Positions 1 through 11,944 of a stretch of 64,000 nt of DNA are shown here, piece after piece; the stretch's first letter is position 1; every line of letters starts with the position of its first letter. The stretch comes from Eledone cirrhosa (lineage: Eukaryota), in assembly GCA_964016885.1 (NCBI GenBank), contig CAXHJY010000133.1, positions 186,001 through 250,000 on the forward strand, written 5' to 3'. The notes beneath the pieces are model-generated. The model saw only the letters and a program-made list of their open reading frames with translations, had not been told where the DNA came from and did no database searches. A program made the position numbers and the translations under genes.

Positions 1-495
1 GCTCTGATATTATGGAGATGTGGTTAGAATGTCTCAGGAAAGAATGGCTAAAAAAATAAAATCTGGAGCTCAGTGATCAGAGAGTCGCTCCAGGTAGAGC
101 TGCTACTTCTTTCAATTGAGAGATCACAGCTCCGATACTACAGACATATGGTTAAAATGTCTCATGAAAGAATTGCTGGACAAATTTGTAACCAGGAGAT
201 CAGAAAGTCGCTCCAGGTAGATCCGCAATTTCTCCAAATTGTGAGATCACAGCTCAGATATTACAGACATATGGTTAGTATGACTCAAGAAAGAATTGCT
301 GGACAGATTTTAATGTGCAAAACCAGCCAGCAGGAGACCTAGAGGTAGAACCTGAGCAAGATGGTTGGATAGCATCCATGAGTTCAGCTGGTATTGTTTG
401 GGGATCCAGCCAGATCAATTGGAGACAGTTGCTTTCTGACAGGACCAGCTGCAAGGAAAGCTTGAGGACTCTGCCACCACAACACTCTCAGAAAT
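1..495 (+). mobile_element. Degenerate RTE-clade LINE 3' fragments with an internal tandem duplication
   Basis: ORF 73-342 contains IRESLQVE...SQLRYYRHMVKMSHERIAGQI twice, resembling the RTE C-terminal LRW(F/Y)GHV.RM..ER motif. The following frames are broken. Confidence 0.7.
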
Positions 496-582
496 AAATG
501 GGCAAAGAAGAACAACAATAACAACATGAAGATCAAAAGGCAGAGAAAAAAATGTGGGGAAATAAAAAGGGGTTTGACTTAC

Positions 583-663
583 CCTCATATCTTCAAGGTG
601 CTTCTTAACAAAATTAGTTCTCATACCTTGGTCGACTCCAATTACTGAGAATGATCCGATGTA
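583..663 (-). CDS. SH2D5: Internal coding exon (27 codons, phase 0/0) of a PTB-domain protein, SH2D5-like; the gene continues leftwards out of the window
   Basis: Minus strand reads TTGTTGTTGTGTCGTTGCAG|TAC ATC GGA...ATG AGG|GTAAGT, giving YIGSFSVIGVDQGMRTNFVKKHLEDMR. Acceptor and donor are canonical. The peptide aligns without gaps to my recollection of the vertebrate SH2D5 PTB start ([27 protein letters not shown]). Orthology has not been checked by search. Confidence 0.6.
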
Positions 664-852
664 CTGCAACGACACAACAACAACAATAACAGACTTATGA
701 GTTGTATATATATGGAGACATAACAGCTATAACAACTATATTAGACTGATGAGCTGGCTATAGTGGAGACATAACAACAATAACAACAGCAAACATTAGA
801 CTGGTGGGTGGGATGTAGTAGGGACACAATAACAACAACAGCAGCAGTAATA

Positions 853-1940
853 ACGGTTTCTGATTTCGGCACAAGGCCAGCAACTTTTGGAGGGGAAAAT
901 CGATTAAATCAGCCTTAGTGTATTACTGGTACTTTATTTTATCGAACCTGTAAGGATGAAAGACAAAGCTAACCTCAGCGGGATTTGAACTCAGAACATA
1001 AAGGGCCTTAACTCTATGCCACAAAGCATCTTGTCCAACGCTCTACCGATTTCTGCCAATCCACCGCCCTCAACAACAGTAATAATAATTGTTTCTACTA
1101 TTGGCACAAGGCCAGCAATTACCCAGTACATTACTGGTACTTTATTTTATCGACCCCGTAAGGATGAAAGGCAAAGTTAACCTCGGCGGGATTTGAACTC
1201 AGAATGGCAAGGGCCGTAACTCTATGCGTCAAATCATGGTATCCAACCCTCTACCGATACTACCAATTCTAATAATAGCACTAAATAGATGAACTAAATG
1301 TACTGTAATGACACAATAACAACCAATAATAACAATAAACAGACTTATAGTGGAGACAACATAATAATAATTGTTTCTACTTTTAGCACAAGGCCAGCAA
1401 TTACCCAGTACATTACTGGTACTTTATTTTACTGACCCCGTAAGGATGAAAGGCAAAGTTAGGAGACAACATAGTAAAAATGGTTTCTTATATAGGCACA
1501 AGGTCAGCAATTTTGGGGGAGGGGAAAGTCGATTAAATCGACCCCAGTGCGTGACTGGTACTTTATTTATCGACCCCGTAAGGATGAAAGGCAAAGTTAA
1601 CCTCGGCGAGATTTGAACTCAGATCATAAAGGGACGTAACTCTATGCTTCAAAGCATGGCGTACGACTCTCTACCGATACTGCCAATCCACCGCCCTAGA
1701 CAACATAATAATAATAATGATAATAATTGTTTCTACTTTAGGCACAATGCCAGCAATTTGGAGGGGAGCAGAGTTTATTAAATTGACCCGAGTGCATTAC
1801 TGGTACTTTATCTTATGGACCCCGTAAGGATGAAAGGCAGAGTTAACCTTGAATGGATTTGAACTCAGAATGTAAAGAATCATAAACTATATGCCGCTAA
1901 GCATGTTGACCGACGCTCTACTAATACTGCCATTGCCCAC
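853..1940 (-). mobile_element. Cluster of about 5 head-to-tail copies of tRNA-derived SINE family B (Meta-domain-like)
   Basis: Repeated CTGGTACTTTATTTTATCGACCCCGTAAGGATGAAAGGCAAAGTTAACCTCGGCGGGATTTGAACTCAG, with a B box (GAGTTCAAATCC) on the minus strand and (AAT)n tails. Copies at about 853-1070, 1085-1268, 1365-1462, 1478-1697 and 1722-1940. Confidence 0.85.
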
Positions 1941-2278
1941 CAACATCATAATAATAATTACCACCACCACCACCACCAACACTACAAATACTATAGTCAT
2001 CACCACTTCCACTACTACTACCGCCATCACCACCACTACCACTACCACCATCCCCACCACTACCACCATCACCACCACCACTATCACTACCACCACCACC
2101 ACCACCATCTCTACTACCACCACCACCACTACCACCATCATCACCACTACTACCACCATCACCACCACTACTACCACCACCACCATTACCACCATCACCA
2201 CCACTACTACCACTACCACCACCACCATCACCACCACTACCACTACCACCATCACCACCGCCACCACCACCACCAACT
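1940..2278. repeat. (ACC/ACT)n trinucleotide microsatellite
   Basis: Directly visible; it produces the poly-Thr/poly-Val pseudo-ORFs. Confidence 0.95.
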
Positions 2279-2472
2279 AGTACTTTAATACTTTATTTTA
2301 TCAAGCCCCACCCATCTTCTCTCTAGGAATGCCTGTGTATATTTGTGTGTGTATGTGTGTGTGTATCTGTATCAGTGTATTTATATGTTTGCTGTGTGCA
2401 TGTGTGTATGTATCTGTATGGGTAGGTGTATCTGTGTGTGTATGTGTATGTATGTGTATGTGTGTATGTGCA

Positions 2473-2523
<51 letters not shown>

Positions 2524-2768
2524 AGAACAAGGTGACCTAAACCTGGATTTATCCCACAAGTAGAGTCATATGACCCAAAACACACACACATAAATACACA
2601 CAGCCACACACATAGGCAATCACACAGACACAGTCACCAGGAGAGAGAGAAAGTGTGTATGTGTGTCTCTTTCTTTCCTGGTGTAAAGTGGCTGGGTGTG
2701 TGTGTGTGTGTGTCTGTGTGTATGTATGTCCACTTCTCCCTCCCTCTCTCTCTATGGCACACTCTCTC

Positions 2769-3212
2769 CAGAGTGGGATTTACATATAAGCTAAAAAGCT
2801 ATAGCTTAGGGCCCCCACTTTCTTGGGGCCCCAAGAAAATTGAAAAAGAAACTTTTGGCACAAGGCCAGCAATTACCCAGTACATTACTGGTACTTTATT
2901 TTATTGACCCCGTAAGGATGAAGGGTAAAGTTAACCTCGGCGGGATTTGAACTCAGAATGGAAAGGGTCGTAAATCTTTGCGTCAAATCATGGCATCCGA
3001 CCCTCTACCGATACTGCCAATCCACGTCCACTTTACAGTGTGGGCTGGGTGCTTTTTTGCCGTGGCACCTCCACAACCACTTTGCAGTGGAAATGCAATA
3101 GTTTTAAACAGTTTTCTGCTTTAATATTGAACGTTTTGCAGTTTTTATAACATATAAAGGGCCCCATTATCTCAAATAGCTTAGGGCCTCATCAAATCTA
3201 AATCAGGCCCTG
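2769..3212. mobile_element. hAT-type MITE with nested SINE insertions
   Basis: Imperfect TIRs CAGAGTGGGATTTA / TAAATCAGGCCCTG are flanked by a perfect 8-bp direct repeat ACTCTCTC (2761-2768, 3213-3220). A SINE B copy (about 2850-3023) and a SINE A fragment (about 3026-3090) lie inside. Confidence 0.8.
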
Positions 3213-3226
3213 ACTCTCTCCCTCTC

Positions 3227-3850
3227 CTTATGACAGTAGAGATTCCAGCCATGTCTGTGTGTCCCCGAGTGTATGTGTCCATGTGTGTATGTGTGTGTGT
3301 GTCCATGTCTCTCCTTATGACAGTGGAGATATCAGCTGTGAGATGTCCATATGTGTGTGTGTGTGTGTGTCTTGCTATGACAGTAGAGATGTCAGCTCTG
3401 TGTGTGTGTGTGTGAGTGTGTGTCTTGCTATGACAGTAGAGATGTCAGCTGTGTGTGTGTGTGAGTGTGTGTCTTGCTATGACAATAGAGATGTCAGCTG
3501 TGTGTGTGTGTGTTCCTATGACAGCAGAGATGTCATCTGTGTGTGTGTGTGTGTGTGTGAGTGTGTCTTCTTATGACAGTAGAGATGTCAGCTGTGTGTG
3601 TGTGTGTCTCTCTCTCCCACCTCTCTCTCTCTCTCTCTATAGCAGAGATGACAGCTGTATATGTCTGTCTCTCTCTCTCTTCTCCCCCTCTCTCTCTGTC
3701 CATCTCTCCCTCTCTCTTTATGACAGTAGAGATGTCAGCTGTGTGTGTGTATGTCTATGTCTCTCTCCCCCTCTCTTTCTGTCCATCTCTCCCTATCCCT
3801 CTCACTCCCTCCCCCTCTCTCTTTATGACAGTAGATATGTCAACTGTGTG
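3227..3850. repeat. Minisatellite with constant core TATGACAGTAGAGATGTCAGCTGTG and variable (GT)n/(CT)n spacers
   Basis: About 11 copies of the core are visible, spaced by microsatellite of variable length. Confidence 0.85.
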
Positions 3851-4429
3851 TTGAATATTTAAAACAAACATTAACTTAAAAGCTCTGTTATTCAGGAATT
3901 GTTGACATTAATACTACCACCACCACATCCCCCACCACTACTACCACCACCTCTACACCATCACATCCCACCGTCACCTACACCAACATACTACCACCAC
4001 CACTACTACACCATCACCACCATTATTACTACCACTACACCACTTCATCCCACCACCATCATTATTACTACCATAACCACTACACTACCACCACCACCAC
4101 CACCACCAACATACCACTACCACCACACCATCACCACCATTGTTACTACCACTTCATCCCACCACCACCACCACCATTATTACTACCATCACCACTACAC
4201 TATCACCACCAACATACCACTACCACCACCACTACATCCCACCATCACCACCACCATTATTACTACCATCACTACTACACTATCACCACTACCTCCACCA
4301 TAACATACCATCAGAGAGAGACACTCCTCAGTAATAAAGCTAACCACATAACTATAATAAACGAATATTTAAACTCCACTTCAGGATAGATTGAGTACTT
4401 ACCCTCAAATATATATATACATACATTTC

Positions 4430-4486
<57 letters not shown>

Positions 4487-4529
4487 ATGTATATAAATGT
4501 ATATGTATAAAATGTATATGTATAAAAAA

Positions 4530-4765
4530 AAGTCTAAAGTCTGTCTTACACCAGAAGGCTCATTTGGCCTGGTGCTTAACCCAGTTTCATGGAGTGACGC
4601 GACTGAGACAGGACGCCAGTCCATCGCAGGGTTAAACCCCCAGATATTGCTGGTACTCATTTTCAGGTGAGTATACTGGTGAATACAACATGCAGCCCAG
4701 GAATCAAACCCATGACATTATGATCGTAAGTCCAATACCATTACCACTAGGCCATCTGCTTCCAC
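4530..4765 (-). mobile_element. tRNA-derived SINE with a V-domain-like body
   Basis: Minus-strand head GGAAGCAGATGGCCTAGTGG...GGTTTGATTCC (A/B boxes), followed by CCCTGCGATGGACTGGCGTCCTGTC, resembling the V-SINE domain. Confidence 0.6.
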
Positions 4766-4774
4766 TATATATAT

Positions 4775-5104
4775 ATCATCATCATCATCATTTTACGTCC
4801 GCTTTTCCCTGCTTGCAAGGGTGGGACGGGAACTGATTCTGGCTTGATTTCAACAGCTGGATGCCCTTCCTAACACCAACCTCATTTACAGTGAGTGCTG
4901 GGTACTTTTTTTTTTCCGGGCGCCTACACAACCACTTTACAGTGTGGGCTGGGTGCTTTTTTACCGTGGCACCTCCATGACCTCATTTCTACAGCTGAGT
5001 AAACTGGAGCAATGTGAAATAAAGTGTCTTGCTCAAGGAAACAACATTGAACTCACAACCTTTCAATTGCACGGCCAATGCTCTAACCACTAAGCCATGT
5101 GCCT

Positions 5105-5107
<3 letters not shown>
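4775..5107 (-). mobile_element. tRNA/CORE-type SINE family A
   Basis: Same sequence as the full-length copy at 27222-27570, with a (CAT)n tail on the left. Confidence 0.85.
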
Positions 5108-5160
<53 letters not shown>

Positions 5161-5202
5161 ATGTATATATGTATGTATATATATATATATATATATATTA
5201 TG

Positions 5203-5802
5203 TCAGGTCACTAGTTGGTGCTACTGGTAACATGTATCCCAGTACCTGTCCCATGGTCGGGTCGTTGGCGACTAAACTGGCAACCCCGCCAAGGTTTCTT
5301 GGTGAGGAGGGTGACTTTCCCATCCTGCAGGACTAAAAACAAAACCTGTCAAAGGGCAAAGGAGCTCTTAAGAGTCAATGGCCATCCAAAATCACAGGGA
5401 GAGATGACCCTTAGCCTTTGTCAAGGCAGAATTCTAGGAGAAGGAAAACTCTGCTATAACACCTGCAACCCTGATGGTATCCAATGATGTTGACTTGTTC
5501 TTCTTTTTGGTAAATATCATCTTGGTTAAGAGAGTGGGACTGGCTTGGTGCAGTGCCTTTGCTCACTATAAAAGCTTCACGGCACAGGCATTGCTTTATA
5601 TCTGGAGATCTCTCTGCACTTGTCATCACATGATACCATGGGCCCAGCACTATGTGTCAGTAATTGTCACAAGTGTAGTGTTTGTACCAGAGTTTTCAAG
5701 TCGCTGGCTGGACTAAAAAGTCACACTCGTTCAGCGCATTGGTAGACTTCTCCTACATGGATATAAAGTAGTGGCTGTACTCGAAAACGAGTTGGCAGCC
5801 AC
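5203..5802 (+). mobile_element. About 600-bp non-autonomous bipartite RTE-derived element, copy 1
   Basis: The 5' part has RTE-5'UTR-like motifs (GGCGACTAAACTGGCAACCCC, AGGAGAAGGAAAACTCTG). Positions 5662-5745 encode a C2H2 finger, CSVCTRVFKSLAGLKSHTRSAH, then W and a stop. Other copies lie at 9811 and 25181. Confidence 0.7.
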
Positions 5803-6123
5803 CATATATATATAAATAATATATGTGTGTGTATATGTATGTATATGTATATGTATGTATAATCACACACACACACACACATATATATATGTTTCACGAT
5901 AATTATTATTGTACCTCCTCCATAACCTCTTCCAAACCCCTACTATCATCATCATCATCATCTCATCATGTTATCATCATCATCATAATTATTAGTAATA
6001 AAAAGTTCCCATGAGTCAGTTAAGTATTATTTGGGAGAAGTCATGCCACATATTTTGCTCATGCATGATGGGTGTGTGTGTGTATACATATATATATGTA
6101 TATATACACACATACCCACATAT

Positions 6124-6180
<57 letters not shown>

Positions 6181-6250
6181 TGTGTGTTTGTCTAATTAAT
6201 GGGAGGTCTATTTTAATGTGTGTGAATGTGTGTTGGTATTTAATTAAGTG

Positions 6251-6329
<79 letters not shown>

Positions 6330-6469
6330 CTTATGTGTGTAAATGTGGTCCAGTGGTGAGGGTATTGGACACGGGAACTTAAGGTTGAGAGTTCAATCTC
6401 TGGACCAGGTGGGAAATTATGTTTTTGTGCAAGAAGCTTCATTTCACATTGCTTATCAACAAGGGACTG

Positions 6470-7745
6470 AGGACCCTTATCATTAAAACATCCCAGAAAC
6501 CTCCTGTGAGATACAACCTAGTAGGGAGTCAACTAAACCTACATAGTTGTGAGCTGTAATAACATTATAGGACTGGGGTCCCTATTATTAAAATACCCAA
6601 GAAACCTCCTGTGAGATACAACCTTATAGGAGGCCAGCTAAACCTACATAGGTGTAAGCTGTAACATGATAGGACTGGGCAGCATATCATTAAAATACTC
6701 AAGGAACCTCCTGTTAGATACAACCTTGTAGGAGGCCAGCTAAACCTACATAGGTGTGAGCTGTAACATGATAGGACTGGGCAGCATATCATTAAAATAC
6801 CCAAGAAACCTCCTGTGAGATACAACCTTATAGGAGGCCAGCTAAACCTACACAGGTGTGAGCTATAACATGATAGGACTGGGCAGCATATCATTAAAAT
6901 ACTCAAGGAACCTCCTGTTAGATACAACCTTGTAGGAGGCCAGCTAAACCTACATAGGTGTAAGCTGTAACATGATAGGACTGGGCAGCATATCATTAAA
7001 ATACTCAAGGAACCTCCTGTGAGATACAACCTTATAGGAGGCCAGCTCAACCTATATAGGTGTGAGCTGTAACATGATAGGACTGGGCAGCATATCATTA
7101 AAATACCCAAGGAACCTCCTGTGAGATACAACCTTGTAGAAGGTCAGCTAAACCTATATAGGTGTGAGGTGTAACAATATGATAGCACTTAAAACATCCG
7201 GAAAACCTCCTACAACATGAAACCTTGTAAGAGGACAACTAAACCTACATAGGTGTGAGGTGTAACAACAACATAAGACTGGGGTGCCCTATCATTAAAA
7301 CATCCAAGAAACCTATGAGGTACAACCTTGTAGGAGGTCAGCTAAACCTACATGAAAGGATTGGGGTGACCTATCATTAAAATATACAAGAAACATCCTA
7401 TGACAAGAAACCTTGTAATAGGCCAGCTAAACCGACAAATGTGTGAGCTGTAATGACCATATGTGAGGACTGGGGTGCCCTATCATTAAAACACCCCCAA
7501 AACCTCATATGAAGCCAGCTAAACCTGCATAGCTGTGAACTGTAACAACTGCATGAGAGGGCTGGGGGGCCCCTATCATTAAAACATCTCAGAAACCTCC
7601 TATAAGATGTAACCTTGTGGTAGACCAGTTAAGCCTACATATGTGTGAGCTGTAACAACATGAAAAGCCAGGGGTCCCTATCATTAAAACACCCAAGAAA
7701 CCTCCTATGAGATACAACCTCATAGGAAACCAGCTAAACCTACAT
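6470..7745. repeat. 102-bp-unit minisatellite (about 12 units) derived from a SINE body
   Basis: Units start at about 6602, 6704 and 6806, matching the 34-aa periodicity of ORF 6565-7131. A SINE head precedes it at about 6345-6455. A single monomer occurs inside the SINE at 50760-50850 on the opposite strand. Confidence 0.9.
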
Positions 7746-7771
7746 ATCAGAAAGCATAATACATAAACATA

Positions 7772-8264
7772 TACGAAGGTCAGCTGAAAAGGTCATAGGC
7801 TGACTTGAAGGAGTGATGCTAGAGCTGTGATATCTTGCATGCATCAATTTCAACTATTCTTAGTAATAACCACATTGTTTCTTTCCAGGGACTATGTTGA
7901 AAAATGAACCTCATTTGGTCATTTCATGAGAATATCTTTCTTGGTCAGCCTATGAAGGAGTGATGCTAGTGCTGTGAAATCTTGCATGCATTAATTTCAA
8001 TTCTTCTTATTAATAACTGCATTGTTCCTTTCTAGGAACTATGTTGAAAAATAAACCTCATTTGGTTATTCCATGAGAGTATCTTTCTTGATCAGCCTAT
8101 GAAGGAGTGATGCTAGAGCTGTGAAATATTGCATGCATTAATTTCAACTCTTTGTATTAAAAACTGTATTGTTTCTTTCCAGGGACTATGTTGAAAAATA
8201 AACCTCATTTAGTCATTCCATGAGAGTATCTTTTTTGGTCATGCTATGAACTTTTCACTCAACA
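7772..8264. mobile_element. Mariner-like MITE with three internal 147-bp tandem repeats
   Basis: Ends TACGAAGGTCAGCTGAAAAGGTCATAGGCTGAC / GTCATGCTATGAACTTTTCA. The unit GAAGGAGTGATGCTAG recurs at 7807, 7954 and 8101. A related shorter copy lies at about 9131-9275. Confidence 0.65.
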
Positions 8265-8372
8265 TTTTTGTTATAATGCCGTCCACGTATGCTTTGTTTC
8301 TCCCCAATTTTTTTCTCATTTTCCCTGTTCCTTCCTCTTTTTACTTTCTATTTATCTTCTATTTCTAACTTT

Positions 8373-8411
8373 ATCTTCTGATGAAGGACTAGTGTCTGAA
8401 ACGTTAAGACT
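8373..8411 (+). ncRNA. Minimal type I hammerhead ribozyme motif
   Basis: ATCTT-CTGATGA-AGGACTAGTGTCT-GAAA-CGTT-AAGAC: intact core, a short helix II hairpin, palindromic AACGTT helix III and a 4-bp helix I (TCTT/AAGA). Confidence 0.7.
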
Positions 8412-8533
8412 TTCTTCCTGCTATATCAAGCGTTAAACTAATATATTTCTTCCATGTACTGTGTCACTTGTTTTGTTATTTTTGTTGTTTATGTTTACCT
8501 TTTACATACATACATACATTATATATATATATA

Positions 8534-8724
8534 AGGGCGGTGGATTGGCAGTATCGGTAGAGGGTCGGACGCCATGCTTTCCAGCATAGTTACGTCCCTT
8601 TACGATCTGAGTTCAAATCCCGCCGAGGTTGACTTTGCCTTTCATCCTTACGGGGTCGATAAAATAAAGTACCAGTAATGCACTGGGTATTTGCTGGCCT
8701 TGTGCCTAAAGTAGAAACAATTAT
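8534..8724 (+). mobile_element. Full-length SINE family B (reference copy)
   Basis: GGGCGGTGGATTGGCAGTATCGG...GAGTTCAAATCCCGCC...GCCTTTCATCCTTACGGGGTCGATAAAATAAAGTACCAG...GTAGAAACAATTAT, inside (TA)n. Confidence 0.85.
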
Positions 8725-8869
8725 ATATATATATATATGATGCGAGAAAATCCACAAACCCTCCATCTCAATTCTACTTTTGAAAAGCATAAGCACTGTG
8801 AGACCGGTAAAGGAAACAAATAAATATTCTTAAAAAGACTCCAGTTGCATTTTCGATTTCATCTTTTTT

Positions 8870-8957
<88 letters not shown>

Positions 8958-8961
<4 letters not shown>

Positions 8962-9111
8962 TATAGAAATGGCTTCTACGGGACTAGAACTGTTTCCTTT
9001 GAATAAAACAGTTCTAGTCCTGTAGAAGCCATTTCTATATTAAATATTTATACTCTGTTATGTATTGAGTACCTTACTTACTGTGGTTACCCCCGATTGA
9101 ACCTGGGATAC
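8958..9111. mobile_element. Fold-back mini-element (GAAACAGTTCTAG family)
   Basis: Palindrome 8959-9041 (AATATAGAAATGGCTTCTACGGGACTAGAACTGTTT...AAACAGTTCTAGTCCTGTAGAAGCCATTTCTATATT) with a tail containing TATTGAGTACCTTAC. Relatives at about 11095-11245, 30048-30272 and 44905-45045. Confidence 0.75.
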
Positions 9112-9658
9112 ATATATATATATATATATATATGAGGCTTGTCTGAAAAGTTTGTTGTTTCTTTCTAGGGACAATGTTGAAAAATAAACCTCATTTGGTC
9201 ATTCCATGAGAGTATCTTGATCACTTGGTCAGCTTATGAAATTTCAACCTTTGAACTTCTCAGCCAACCTTCATACCTTCATATACACCCCACCATCTTT
9301 ATCAATTCATATTAGTATGAATCATTCTATATAGTAAGTCAACCCACTCCACCCCACAGACTATAAATATACTCCTACAAGGATTGGGACAAAGACTAGA
9401 GGGAAATATAGAAATTTAATCTGTTGCCTTTGCCCCAATTATTGTTTAATGAAAAGTAAAAAAAAATTTGAGTTAGTTATTTTATTTAATTTAAAAATAG
9501 AAGGAAAATATTTACAATTCATTTGACTAGAAAAGACAACAGCAACAATAACAAAAATTACAGGGAAAGAAAAATACCGCATAGAGTGGGATGTAGAGTG
9601 TGTTGCTCTGTTTCCTAGCCCCTACTCTTACTTTTGATATTTATTCTTTTTTTAGGGT

Positions 9659-9692
<34 letters not shown>

Positions 9693-9769
9693 TATATACG
9701 TAAAAAAAGATTATATATATATATGTAAACAAAAATATATATATAATAGAACCAGGAAAAACAGGAATG

Positions 9770-9809
<40 letters not shown>

Positions 9810-9810
9810 A

Positions 9811-10372
9811 TGGTGGCTGCCAACTCGTTTTCGAGTACGGCCACTACTTTATATCCATGTAGGAGAACCCCTACCGATGCGCTGAACGAGTGTGACTTTT
9901 TAGTCCAGCCAGTGACTTAAAAACTCTGGTACAAACACTACACTTGTAACAATTACTGACACATAGTGCTGGGCCCATGGTAGCATGTGACGACAAGTGC
10001 AGAGAGATCTCCAGATATAAAGCAATGCCTGTGCCGTGAAGCTTTTATAGTGAGCAAAGGCACTGCACAAAGCCAGTCCCACTCTCTTAACCAAGATGAT
10101 ATTTACCAAAAAGAAGAACAAGTCAACATCATTGGATACCATCAGAGTTGCAGGTGTTATATCAGAGTTTTCCTTCTCCTAGAATTCTGCCTTGACAAAG
10201 GCTAAGGGGTCATCTCTCCCGGTGATTTTGGATGGCCATTGACTCTTAAGAGCTCCTTTGCCCTTTGACAGGTTTTGTTTTTAGTCCTGCAGGATGTCCA
10301 AAGTCACCCTCCTCACCAAGAAACCTTGGTGGGGTTGCCAGTTTAGTCGCCAACGACCCGACCATGAGACAG
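9811..10372 (-). mobile_element. Bipartite RTE-derived element, copy 2
   Basis: Reverse complement of 5203-5802, flanked by TA-rich microsatellite. Confidence 0.75.
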
Positions 10373-10380
10373 GTTGTATA

Positions 10381-10411
<31 letters not shown>

Positions 10412-10522
10412 ATGTATGTGTGCGTGTATTTATGCAAAAGGCAAACAGAAATAACCAAGGAAATTACACAGTACAGTTAAGAAATATATTATTAGTTTTA
10501 TGCTTGATTTAGTAGGAAAAGA

Positions 10523-10560
10523 GTCTCAATGTTTCGGACGCTAGTCCTTCATTAGAAAAT
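10523..10560 (-). ncRNA. Hammerhead motif, mutated copy of the 8373 family
   Basis: Minus strand CTAATGA-AGGACTAGCGTCC-GAAA-CATTGAGAC; the core has G5 changed to A. Confidence 0.55.
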
Positions 10561-10834
10561 AGAATAAGAAGTTAAAGAAGAAATAGAAAGATTGAGAAGA
10601 CAGGCAGTGGCAGTAACGGAAACATTTTTTTAGACAAAAATAACAGGTCCATTCATGCCCCCATCTCTCTGTCTCTTTCTCTTTCTCTCTCTCTCTCTAT
10701 ATATATATACACACATATAGACCGTGACCTCTGGTGTCACGCAGTAATACAGAAGACCCGACTTCCCACAGGTACAGCCGAAGCTGAAGCATATAGACAA
10801 TATGCCCCCCCCCCCTCCACCACCACCACCACCA

Positions 10835-11500
10835 CACTGCAAGGTGGGACGTGGAGGTGCCACGGAAAAAAAGCACCCAGCACTCACTGTAAATGAGGTT
10901 GGTGTTAGGAAGAGCATCCAGCTGTAGAAATCAACCCAGAATCAGTTCCTGTATGAGCAAGACAAGGTCAGCCGACCGGACACTGCCCACAACAGGACGA
11001 CCCGACTAACCCATGCTGGCATGGAAGAACGGACGTAAAACAGTGATGATGATGATGATGATGATGATATATATATATGTATATATATATACCTCATTTG
11101 ATCATTCCATGATATTTCTTTTGAATGAAACAGTTCTAGTTCTGTAGAAGCCATTTCTTTTCTTCATTAAACTTGATGTTTACAATTTACAAATGTACTG
11201 AGTACCTTACTAACTGTTGCTACCCTTGATTGAACCTAGGACTCATATATATCATCATCATCATCATCACCGTTTTACGTCCGTTCTTCCACACTAGCAT
11301 GGGTTAGACGGGTTGTCCTGTTGTGGGCAGTTTCCAGTCGGCTGACCTTGTCTTGCTCATACGGGAACTGATTCTGGCTTGATTTCTACAGCTGGATGCC
11401 CTTCCTAACACCAACCTCATTTACAGTGAGTGCTGGGTGCTTTTTTGCCGTAGCACCTCCACGACCACTTTGCAGTGAGTAAACTGGAGCAATGTGAAAT
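10835..11500. mobile_element. Two SINE family A partial copies in opposite orientations around a fold-back-family fragment
   Basis: GGTTGGTGTTAGGAAG(A/G)GCATCCAGCTGTAGAAATC body with (GAT)n tail at 10835-11066 (+) and 11250-11500 (-). Confidence 0.8.
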
Positions 11501-11656
11501 AGTTTATATATATATAGAAATACGTTATATATATATATAGAAATACAAAATTCCAATGTATATCTGTGTACAGCTATGCTTGAAGCTAAATCCTAATTCT
11601 ATTCTATTATAAGTTGAGCCAACTTATACAACTTCATAATGTAAATGCTAAGGGGT

Positions 11657-11876
11657 TAACCCTTTAACATTTACATTACTCTATATTTACTATTATATTT
11701 TCATGTTAAAGGCTTTATCTCATATAACATGGAATCTATGAGATTTTGATGATGTTATTATTTATCTTGAGAACAATACCTAATGTCAGTATGTGTGCCC
11801 AGTTATGGCTGGTTTGAACAAAAAGGGGTGAGAGAATTCTGGCCAGATACGGCCGGTTTAAATGCTAAAGGGTTAA
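11657..11876. mobile_element. piggyBac-type MITE
   Basis: TTAA-CCCTTTAACATTT...AAATGCTAAAGGG-TTAA: CCC termini with TTAA target sites. The same family occurs at 43847 and 53640. Confidence 0.8.
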
Positions 11877-11944
11877 AGACAGAAAAAGAAGCTGGTATTT
11901 TTATTTTAAATCCCCCATATATTTTATTAACAAGTAAATTTATT

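Noticed and set aside
3227-3850. CRISPR-like repeat/spacer appearance
   Set aside because: The context is eukaryotic, the spacers are microsatellites of variable length, and there are no cas genes.
4385-4410. Minus-strand AGG|GTAAGT donor
   Set aside because: The upstream sequence is (TA)n, and the motif matches the ATTGAGTAC tail of the repeat families.
5474-5716. Recurring 80-aa ORF MVSNDVDLFFF... (also 9900-10142 and 25270-25491)
   Set aside because: It is an off-frame reading of a repeat; the meaningful frame is the zinc-finger tail.
6565-7131. 188-aa ORF with a 34-aa repeat (ankyrin/TPR-like period)
   Set aside because: The period comes from a 102-bp SINE-derived minisatellite, and the sequence lacks ankyrin/TPR consensus residues.
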